Of a stretch of DNA of 60,000 bases, positions 41,701-53,700 are shown piece after piece. Both the position numbers and the translations under genes were made by a program. Position 1 is the stretch's first letter. Each line of letters starts with the position of its first letter. The notes beneath the pieces are model-generated. The model was given only the letters and a program-made list of their open reading frames with translations, searched no databases and was not told where the DNA came from. This DNA comes from Botryllus schlosseri (Eukaryota): contig CM119372.1 in assembly GCA_051294905.1 (NCBI GenBank), positions 37,698,001 to 37,758,000 of the forward strand, written 5' to 3'.

Positions 41701-44700
41701 AATTGAACCAAATTTGGTGTGCAGCGCTTTTTAGGGTAACCTGACAATTTAATCACTGAATGACTGAAATCCAGAAAAATAAGTTGTTTTTGAACAGCCC
41801 TAATGAGCATACGGAGAATTATCACCCGATAGGGCCGACGTATACGATATGGGATGGTTGGAGCGCTCAACATAGTCGATTCAATAGCAATATTACAGAT
41901 ATTTCGTCAAAGGAGCTATATTTACCCTATATTTTTCGATTGTCAAAGTCAATCCACTATGATGTCACAATTGAATATTCGGGACGTCATGGCTTGAAAA
42001 AATAAAATAAAAACAATAAAAAACATGTTTTAAACAAGGGCCTAGTTTTAAACATGTTTGTTTTGAATTGGTTGATGTTTTAAATGCAACCCTAGCTGAG
42101 TCGAGTCATGCGCAAAGATTCTAGTAAAAGTCGAGTCAATACACAAATTTACTCGAATCAAGTCGAGTCAACGAGAAAATGGGACAGGGGTCGAGCGATT
42201 ACAGTCCTGATATAACCGTATCATATGCTGCATTATTACAAATCGTCTCTATCTTAAGCACCTCTATCTGATCCGCGGTACCGGTCAATTTGTCAATGTA
42301 AAGGGATATTGCATTATATTACCCAAATGTTCTCTAATAAAATGGAATACAAAAACAGATAGCTGATTTTGACTGATTGTTTGCCCACTAAAATATATAC
42401 ATGATATTTATATGGTACTCACGTTCAGTTTCAAATAAGCTTCCTTCCGGTATCGGTTGTATCATGTTCATTCTCACCAAACCTAAAGATACCATTTTTT
42501 AAAAATTCATCATCAAATTTAAAATGTTCCAATTTCAAACCTCGGTTGTTGAAATGATATTCTGCCGCTGTAATTTCGTCGATGATGTCAAACCGACTGT
42601 AAGCCCACAGAACGTTGATATCCCGGTCCTATAAGGTAGACAGATTAAAATGATTTTATTGATATGCATACCCTTTCAAACACTTCTATAATGTATCGAT
42701 TCATTGATACCAACTGATGAATTATGGGAATGTCACGGTTTGGGCTTAAGTGTGCTTGATTATTTTGCACTCTATTTTATATGCCATATACCAAAAGCTC
42801 ATAACCAGAGGTTTTCAAAGTAGTCGTCGAAGTTACCAAAGTAGGACTATAGAAGTTTGTTATATTTATTTGTGGTAGGCTATTCATGGTGTTTGTCGCC
42901 TACAATGGTTATTAGAACAAAGCCAATTTTCTTCATTTTCTTTTAGTCCGCGTATATGTCGAGTTCTAGCACGACACACTTCTAGGCCCTTTCAAAGACG
43001 AAATTCGAAATTGTAGCGTGCATTTTCACTACGAACGTCAAATGTCTAATGCCGCTGTTACTGAGTGTCAAATGACTAATGCCGCTGTTACTGAGAGGGC
43101 ATATTCCACCCTGTTATTTGACAATTTTTAGTGTAATCGTGATGGAAACACACACCAAAACTATACTTTTCCGCAAACAAATTCAAAAGACTCTGCGGTT
43201 TTCCCTAAGAAGGAATTGAAGTAGTAAAAACATAGTATTATCTCCGGTTATTACTAGTCACGCTCAATCGTTGCAGTGCGTATTATATGTCCAAGACATT
43301 CATAATTAAGATGTGAAATAGACTACTATACTACCACCACTTACGGCTACTAAATATGGATAACATTTATAAGTAAGCTATTGATTCACTCTATTTGAGG
43401 AAGCGACAGTTCACCGTCGTCTGACCACGAGTGAATGTTAATTATATCATGGTACATGAATTTATTCGGTGCAATGTATTTTAGTCAGTCTAATTTTGCC
43501 AACGAATAAAGAAAGGAAAATAGACACTGTATTGGGTCTGTAAATATTGGACTCGAAATCGGATTGAAGGATATATCAATGTAAGGTGAAGTACTGTGGC
43601 TGCGGTCTTAACGGGTGGTGCTATAAGAAGGCAGCGCATATATCATAAACACTTCGATTTTATATGAAACGATGATTCCTCTCGAAATAAGGTGACTCCT
43701 GGATTCTCATTCTGCGTTAAGATGGTAATTTTCCGTATGACATCTCGTTACCTCAATCTTGTAGTCGTCTTGATCATGAGTGTCCCTCGCGCGAGATATT
43801 ATCATCGTTGTGTGCGTATCATTTTCTGACGCTTGAAGCAGAATAACGTTCTTTCTCTGGTCTTTCATCAGTTTTCCGTTCGACAATCCAAATGCATCCT
43901 GGTCACAAGAATCAAAGTCTTACAATTTGCTATTCTAATAAAACTAGCTACTCACAATCACGTATGGATGACCAACATCGCTCACACCCATAATGTACAA
44001 ATCAGAGTCCATCATTGTATGGCGGTCCGTAAACCCGATTCCAATCCATCCAAGCGTCGGCACAGACAACTATAATTTCAACCAACATTAAAATGGATGA
44101 CATCACGTGCATTCATCATCCATAGCGAAATGTGCAAGTTCTCATACCGGAGGAGGTCAGTAAAAAAGCACTGCTATCTTTCCCGGCTACTCGGGAAAAG
44201 ATAGTGTAAATGAATTGAATACTTTAGACTTGTTTGGTTTTATTCACTTCCGCCTATTCAGTTTTTCATGATAGATGATACCTCGATTTTAGGATTATAA
44301 TTTTGGTAAATAATCGAAAGGATTGTTCCGATTGGGTGATTTCGCTAAAGAAATTATTGTGTTTAACGGTAAGAGTATATAATTTGCAATTGTGGACGAC
44401 TTCTGGGATTCGTTCCGCGCAAAGAAGCATCACACTATTTTGAAAACTGTCACCGTCGATTGACTAACTAAATTTGCGACTCGACGTCCAATTCCATCTC
44501 TCTGGAGCCAGATATGGCACGTGTTGAACAATATTATGTCCATTGTTCACTTGTACATGAGTTTTGCGAGCAAGTTACGTGGTCTCCTATTGATTTATTG
44601 TTCGGCCGTTCTAAATCAGTGATTCTTAACCTTGTACCCAGCGCCCCCCAAGGGGCGATTTGGATTTTGAAGGGGGCGGAAACGCTCAGGGGACGAAATG

Positions 44701-47700
44701 GGGGGCGCTAGGCTCGTCGGGGCGGTATAGTGGGCGCTGAAAAAAATGGCCTCGCAGTAGATGGTGCGGTAATGAGGACATATTATTATATAGTAGAACA
44801 ATAGTTCTGATATCACTGCCATCATCATTGCAAACAAACATTCGACAAAATCTGTCAAATCACAACGTTTTTTGTTGCGCTCATCGCGCAATATCCACCG
44901 ACGATGATTCATGAATGCAGTGGTTTATTTTAATTCATGAAAACTGAATTTGGCGTACTTATGGAATGCCAATTCCACGTTGAAAAACTCCCGCCACACT
45001 AGCTACTCCAAGTCGTTTCGACACTTTCCTATCTTTTCATCGTATCGGAGTTTTGTGATGTTTTGAAATGATGAAAATATTGATAAACTGGTACTTATAC
45101 TGCTAGCTCGGGTTATTTTCCACAAAATGTTTTCATCTAGGTATTGTGTCCTGCAGCGCACTGCGTGTCGAAATCGAAAAGGCACTATACTGTACTACTT
45201 TTCTGAGTGTGCCCTATGAAGAGCTTCTTGGAGGTACAGAACTTCAATATACAATTGAATAGTATATTCATATTGAAATAAGCCGGAACCTGGCGAGTGT
45301 CAGCCGAAAATATTATTCAAATGTGCCCTTTGTACACTAAAGATGTTTTGAAACTTCTCGGCCAAAATGATTAACTGAATATACCAGTGGCGGCTCGTCC
45401 TATAGGGCAACTGGGGCATTGCCCCACCTAAAATTCTGTTCAATAACAATTTACCCATTTATAGACGCACAGCGCTCAATATATATCGAGATCACAGCGA
45501 AACCCGCGTTCTTCTTGTGCTTTCGCTTGCAAATGCCCATACATAGCGAAGTCTCCGCGAAAATCGAATTCTCTTCTGTGTTTTCGCTTTGTGAATGCCT
45601 AGCCGGGGCTTGCCCCGGTAGCGCTCATAACAAGCTTTCACTATCTATTCTCTCAAAGCTGCGCACAATTGAGAAACGTTGCTTTACTCTCTCCTATTCG
45701 TAAAATGGCCGAGCAACCTGGGCAAATATGCTTGCTCGCCCCTAAGGTGTGATGTAACAATCGTATCTATATCTGAACTCGGATACCGTGATATGCGTTG
45801 AGTCGACCGTTGCTGGTACAGGTCGATTTTGATGGTGTTTCACACCATGATAATTCTTGAAACTTGGTATGTCATGTCGTGATGGTGGTATTTAACACTG
45901 TCCTAAGTTTCAGGGTTTCTAGTCAAAGTTTAGGGTAGTAATTCCGTTTCCAAAGTCGAGTGTGTGCTGATCGGTCATGTATCGCAAACATATTTCACGC
46001 AAAGCCGGTATTGGTCTCCATTGATTTTAACGATGCTCCTTAGCTAGATCTGTCATGAACTTTTACATGGTATGTCTTGATTTTAGTATCGAACGCTGTG
46101 CCAAGTCTCAAGGTTGACACTCAATGATTAGGGCAGCAATTTCGTTATTAAGTTCGAGTATGGTAGAGATGTGCGCTGATCTGACACTAAGCCTACCTAA
46201 CGCATTGCGGATTTCACGCAAAAGCCGGTGTATCTGTGTTCCATACTGAGATAGGTGATGAGATGATGATATCATGAAACAGTTTACTAACATCCTCGGT
46301 TTGCATTCAAATATTTAGTTTTATTTTATATTCTCCAATGTCAATTTCACCGTGGAATGGTGGCCTTCGGGCCATTTGCTCACAATTACAACCCCTGTCA
46401 AGCGCGATAGCTGTTTCGTTTTCGATGGCGGCTAACAGCTGATCGCTTGATCAGCCGATTCCTCAGTAAATATTACGCAAAATTCGGCGTTGATCTGTTC
46501 GTATTAATTTTGACAGTGTACCATACCGAAAACGGTAATGAGGCTATACTTCTCGATGATTTCATGTAACAGTGTACCAAGTTTTCGGCTTTCATCCACG
46601 TATTTATTCAGTAATATATTTTCCGAAGGCGATTTTGCAGCAGACATATAGACACTATGGACCGTAAGCCGTATGTGTCGTGTGACAGTCTCCAGCCTCA
46701 AGGCCAGAATCTCCCAAGCTGTACCGGGACCGAATTTCCGAGGCTGCTATCCGTAGTTCTTCAGAATGATGTTTTGGATTCAATATGACATTTCCTTGTC
46801 CAATCTATGAGATAACAATTGCGTATGTGTCCGAACTCGTTGACCTTTCCAGTTAGGCATACGCAATCTCTCGATTTATAGTCATTTCCATTTCTGCAGA
46901 TAAGTAGTCAGGTCAAGTGCGAACATGAATCGTGTTGAATCTTTGCTCCGCACGCCGTTTAGCCAGCTGCCTTTAGAGCAAAAATTAGAGGTAAAGCGAC
47001 TAGGTCCGTATCAGCCTAGAAATTGCCCATTGATCCAATCGTACGCCGGAGGAAAGCGCACTCGTGCCTTTTCTTCAGCGCATTTCGATAAAAATGAATG
47101 GCTTACTTATGGCGAGGATAAAAACGCCTTGTTTTGCTTTTACTGTCTTTTATTCGACAGTGCCGGTACCGGAAGCAGTGGCTCTTGTTGGAACAAAATT
47201 GGTTATCGCGATCTGAAGCATTTGTCAGAGCGTCTGAAAACGCACCAAAAATCCCAAGTGCACGCTGAATTTCTATCTATTCAGTCTGACGAAACAACTG
47301 ACATTACGTGTTTGTCACAACTAGTCGTGATTTTTCGGTTCACGAAATTTGGTATGCCAGTCGAACGATTCCACAGCTTTGTGGCTGTTGACGATCGCAC
47401 TGCTGTCGGAATTTCTTACGCATTAAAAAAACATTACAGCCCTATTCAGTTGAGTCGAAACTTATTGCGCAAACCTACGACGGCGCAGCAGTCATGAGCG
47501 GATCGCGACATAGCGTACAAGTTTTAATGAAAGAAGTTTACCCGCATGCGCATTTGTTGCATTGCTACGCGCATCAGCTCAATCTTGTAGTGAAAAAAAT
47601 GTGCTTAGGAATATCTTCTGTCAAGATATTCTTTGCAAATCTTTCAGGGTTCTCCTCCTTTTTCTCTGTTTCGCCAAAGCGATCTGATCTATTGCGCGAC

Positions 47701-50700
47701 ATATGCAAGCACCGGTTACCTAGATGCGTATCAACACGGTGGAACTTCCAATCCAGAGTTGTGCAACGAGTGTCAGAGAGTAGGGTGGAGCTTCTGGAAT
47801 GCTTCTCAGTGAATGAGAGCTCTCCTGTCTGGGATGATTCTTCCATACGTGAAGCGGCGGGGCTGAAACGACTCCTGGAAGACGAAGAATTTTTGTTCTT
47901 TTTGAAGCTTTTTTGTGACATCTTCATGCACGTCGATACACTGTACAGCACTTTTCAGTCGCGTATGGCCGATGGTACTACTGCGCAATTGTGTATTGCA
48001 CATTTTTGTGAGGCAATTTCGCATATCCGGGCGAATGTACACTTCGCTGGTGACACAGCGCTTTTACGTCGTGGGATAAGTGTGCAAAACCTGCTTGTTG
48101 CGGCTTACGAATGTTGCGATATACTGATGTCCCAAATCCAACATCGTCTGAATAGTGACCAGTTGGTTACTTTCGCCCTGTTAAATCCGAGAAATTTCCC
48201 TGCCTACAAAATTCATTTTCCTTCTGGACTACTGCGCAGCGTGCCTCGTTATTACCCGATGATCGACATTGCTCGGTTGGAGAGCGAGTTGACTTGTTTG
48301 TATTCTAACACATCCTTTTCGGAAATTAAAACCACTAGTGACCTTTCAAAATTCCTAGTTGAAAATTCGCTTTCGATCAACTTTGCTACAGTAACTAGCT
48401 TTCTGAATATCATTTTGACCACCCCGATTTCATCCGCGGAATCCGAGCGCAGTTTCAGCACATTGAAACGTATCAAGACCTTTCTCAGAAACAGGATGGG
48501 CCAAGATAGGCTTAATGCGTTGGCTGTTCTCTCGATTCACAACGACGTGGTTCTGGGAATTCCAGATTTCAATAAACTCGTTATTGAACATTTTGCTAAT
48601 AAGAAATCACGTCGCGCACAATACTTATACAATACATAAATTAATGCTGGTGGGCGGACGACTGTACACATCATGTTCTTTCCGAATAATTTCAATCAAG
48701 TGAGCCCAGGTAACTCAACCATGTCTATGGCTAAGGAAAAGTGAGTGGTTTTCATCCTTATTACTCGAGGCACACTGACAGTTAATTTACCGATATATTT
48801 TGTTATGGCTATGGAAAAAAAGTGAAAAATTCATCAAGATGAAATAATTTATTCATGAAATTGTTTAATGCGATATGTGCTCGCATTTCAATTTAACACA
48901 ATGCTTTGATTCCTGCTTGAATGATGGCAGGCAGACTCGTAATTAATCTTCCATGGATAACAGCTGGCTTTTTATAATGTTTTACGTTTATGGGTGCCAC
49001 CGCTTTGATTGCCTATCCCCTGGTCGTAACGCATCAGGATCGTGTACCAAACACTTTCGGACGAGGGCAAATCGATTTGACTCGCTTTCGGGACGAGAAT
49101 CCATGTACAAATCGGGTCGGAGGCGCTGCAGCACTTTACAGAATTGCTGAGCATGGAACGATTAAAACACCACAAGGTGTCATGCGAATGCTCTTTGTAG
49201 GTAGTTGGTCTGTGTATTTTTGGTATAGTCTTACTCGGCGCTTGCGTAATCTCTACCACGAAATCATAACGCATGCTACTAAGGATAACCTGATGATTGA
49301 TTCGTGGCATGGGAACGATTCTTAGTTCGCGTACATTTTGTAAAATAATCATTTGAATAAAAAACAATGAATAAAACATTTGTTACCGCACTTCAAGTCA
49401 CGCCACCGGCAAACCTCTCGCGGCACCTACGTTAAAAATCATTGTTTACGGGAAATTCATGTGGCCATCATGAACGTTGAAAAACGCTACTGTGACGTCA
49501 TATTGATAACAAGTCGCTTGCGGCCCTTGCCCCACCACCCGATATTGTCACGAGCCGCCACTGGAATATACTTGTATCTGAGAGCTACAAAATGTAATCG
49601 TCATAATATTTCTTCATCGTATCATAAAGGATGATACTGCTTAATGCTTATAGTGTTGTTACCCCATTCATATTAAGTTGACAGCTTGGTGCAGTACTAA
49701 ATTTAATGTGAACAAATCTTTACTAAATTCTCAGCTGATTTAGTGTTCACACAAAACAATAAATCAAAACCCAATACAATTAAATTCCCCGTATTGCCAA
49801 TCGCAGAGGAAAATTCGCAATGTGTACATCGAACGAACTCTTATGACTCCGCAGGCCTTACCCGATGGTTGTTATAACAACCTGGATTTGATCCCGAAAA
49901 TAGCACATACAATTATACCGTTAATTAGTCGAGTGGTCTAATAGTGAAGTCCCAACCCGAAACTGGACTTTGAGCACTTACCCATTGTTTTTTACTACAG
50001 TACTTAAAATAGGGGGCGCCAGACCGAGGAAATTTTTGAAAGAGGGCGCTGGACAAAAAAAGGTTAAGAACCACTGTTCTAAATAAACAAGCTGGTAGAC
50101 TTTGTCACAAAGATAGAGTGCCTATGAAGCAATGTGTAAAACATCTAATAAAATACTATTCTTAATCTTTGTCTGTTACTCTGTAGCCATACACAAATAT
50201 ACAGAATTACCTTCATTATGATGTGAGTTTTATCGTAGACCCAGAACAGCTGCACTCCCCTTTTTTCATCTAGTGTGACATTCAACGGTAAATTGAGCCG
50301 GAACTCTTCCGTTTTTGGACGTGGCCTGGAAAATACTTCGGGTCTGTTTGAGTAATCGTAGTCCGGGCCGTCGTCGGGACTTTGCAAATTGCGTCGCTCG
50401 TCTGTATTATGAAAATAAAGGTGCTAGTGACTGTTGCAGAGAACAGTGTGGAGCTCTTGGGTGCCGTTGTCAATTTCTTCTCGAGATTTTTTTCTCGCGA
50501 TTCATCGCGTCCACCAGTGGAATGTCGGTAAATCTACGACTGTATTATATTTTAAAATACGCTACCTGTTCCCCATTTCAGTATTTTTTTGATAAATTCG
50601 ACTCTTGTCCAGCCTGTCGCAAGGGGATAAATCATGAGATTAGAACAAAGTTATAGAATTACAATCTCGTCACCTGACCTCTGTTTTTCCCGTGATAATT

Positions 50701-53700
50701 CGTGACAGATGGCAATGATGTGAGATCGCTTGTTCCATAGGCCCAAATTACATTCATGGGACCTTCCTGAAACGAGGAAAGTAGTTTTTGACTGCGTGTT
50801 TCACTGTACCGATACTGGTACTGTGAAAGAAATCGTTCTTTAGTGAATCGGTAAAACATGTAAACTGGATATATTCAGAGGTGGTCAGTAACGAAGTACT
50901 TCTACTTTTTCGAAGTACTCAAGTAGTTTTCCTCTACTTCTGGTACTTACTCAAGTAGATCTGATTTTCGCAACTTCTACTTCTACTTCGAAATATTGTG
51001 TGATTTACTTACTTACGTTTCGCTATTTTCAGTTTGTCAAGTAGAAGTAGTTCAATCTTCCAATCAGGAAGATACCCTGAGGAATTTCGGGGCTGTTTTC
51101 ACGGAGTATCAACATTTAATTTTCATAAAAGTTTAGTAAAGCCCAGAATTTTAGTCTCGCTTCGCGCGCATTGCTGGATACGGGGTAGCCAGTATGATTT
51201 CACGAAAGTATCGGTGAATATAATTTAGGTAGAGGGTTGGCGTGGTTCCGTTCACAACACATTGTCGCCCTTCGGCCATATCAAATATTTCACCACAGTA
51301 TGTAACGTTTGAAATTGATGTTTCGCCATCTAGCATTTACTTTTCATATCGTAATCTAGCATGACCATGGCGTGTCCAAATCTGGAAAAGTGGACTTTGA
51401 CTTTTATTTACTTTTAGAGCTGTTTTAGCATACCACCTTTGAAATTTTCTGGACTAAAAACATGAAATACATGTTCTGCTTTTAGAAGTAGTATGTATAC
51501 TTCACTTTCAATTCCCAGTATCATATACCTTGAGTTATAATTATTATCAGTTCTTTTGTCTGGATAACATACATGTTGAAGTATAAAAGCAAGTGTAGTA
51601 ATGCCTTTAATTTCTGGAAATAAAGCTACACAATATGGCATTTTCACGGTCCATCATATTTTTTATTAACGTTTACTAATCGCGCAAAGTGTTTACACCG
51701 TATATCCTATACAACTTCTCCGTGTTGCTCTTCGGCTAAACTACGAGCCTTATAATATGGGGAATGGCGCCACACCATACTATTTTCTGAAACGTGCTGT
51801 TCGAGAAAACAGAGGATTAGCATCGCATTTCCATATGAATACTATTATTTTCATCCCATGATGTGGACGAATACTCATGCTAGCGAAAATTGGATACCTG
51901 CTGGTATGAATCAATCTGAATCAAGCTCGTCACCTATCGCATAGCTCAATTTGCACCTTTTTACAGTCCATGTGAACGAATTAGGATCGTTTTCATAACT
52001 ACTTACTTACTTGAGTACTTTTAAAGTCAGTCAATTCTACTTCTACTTCAAGTAGTTTTAGGTTGCTTATGAAAGAAGTACTTCTACTCGTACTTGAGTA
52101 GATTTTTCGTTGCTACTTCTACTTCTACTTGAGTAGATTTCTTGACTACTTTGACCACCTCTGGATATATTACAATTTTCTCTGTTTAGAATGGGTCTGA
52201 AAGCAAGGCAGCAAGACCAACTTCTGTAAAATAATTTGCAAAATAAATTCGTTTGAAGACGATGGAAAAATGGTACTAGTCACTTTGGATATATTGTCGA
52301 TGCTGCAGTTTCGCTGTGAAACTAGTAACAGGTGATCAGGTTGATGAAGGGAATTTCACACCTCGATATCCATGTCGTCGATGGCCTGTCGACCTCGGCG
52401 AAATGTGACCACTGTATGTGTATCATTTTCCGACGCAGACAACAGGGTTACGTTTTGATGCTGGTCGATCTGCGGGACTCCATTTCGTTTCGCGCTCATA
52501 TCCTGTAGAAACGTCACAATTGAAGAGTATAGTAGCGTGGTCATAATGATTCCACGAGATTATGGGAATAAAAATGTGTATGATGCGTATAGCCTACCCA
52601 GCTGCTGATGTTCTGCTACATTTTAAAGCAGGCCGGAAGAGGTAAATGGCGAAGCTCAGACGTGCAAAGTATACATGCAAATGAAATTTGGCGGAGACAT
52701 ATCGTGATGTCGGTCGTACAATAATTTAGTTACATTTGAAGAGTCCGCGATGGGACGTGAAGGACACAAAATGTTGATAACTCGATTAAGACGATGCTTA
52801 CTATCACGTATCCTTTGCCGCGATGAACGCCCACCATTACAAGGTCTGAATTGATCATGCTTTTGGATTTGGAGATCCCGAATCCAACCCATCCTATCGT
52901 ACGCGCGGTCAGCTGTGAAAAAATATAATAAGCCATATACAATATACAATTATAAATATAAATTCGAATTTCGCATACTAGTATGTTTACTAGTTATAAA
53001 CAATAATACTTTACTAATTGTACATTGCCCAGCACATATTATGGTTAAATGCCGCAGTCGCCAACTCAAAACGGGCCGTAGAGGCCATAAGCCGCATGAA
53101 TTCGATATCGTGATAACATAGGTCACCATTTAACAACCCATATTTTAAAACTTGACGTCAGTACAACGTCATGCTCTGTAACATATGCGACGGGTATAGT
53201 TACCGCATAATAAATATTATTTAAATAAATAAATACAAATACAATACAAAATATCATGATCATCACTTTCATTCTATTTTGAAGTACGAGCTGTGCAATT
53301 CACCTGACACTTTTCAGCGAATTGATATAGGGGTTAGCTAGACATGGTATTCGGTGGAAAATTATATCCCCTCCTAAATCTTGATCTTGTGGGGACGCCC
53401 AAGCCGTTTACTATCAATATTTGAATCTGAAATCAATTTCAGCAATAAAAAATGCGTTAGTAAGCGTTATTCCCAAAGCTTCGTCGCGGACCGCGTGCTG
53501 GTGATCGCTGGTCTAATGTGTATTGAATGACTATAGTTCGGTCTAGCATTGACATGATGAGTAATTCTCATTGAGGCCAATTAATAATACTCGGAAGAGT
53601 TAAATATTGCAAATTGCTCTTACTCTGAACGTAATCGATTCGCTGTCATAAATCCATTGAAGAAACAGTGTGTTTTCATAGTTCAGGTATTCTTCACCTT

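Larger units (their letters stand above)
40679..42209. mobile_element. MITE with gagtc/gactc subterminal repeats (outermost of a triple nest)
   Basis: Ends cagggttgtaa..ttacagtcctg; similar to 11035-11480. Confidence 0.65.
44617..50076. mobile_element. Non-autonomous hAT element hosting a nested hAT and a Penelope-like remnant
   Basis: TIR cagtg(a/g)ttcttaacctt (17 bp, 1 mismatch); perfect TSD ttctaaat (44609-44616, 50077-50084). Confidence 0.9.
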
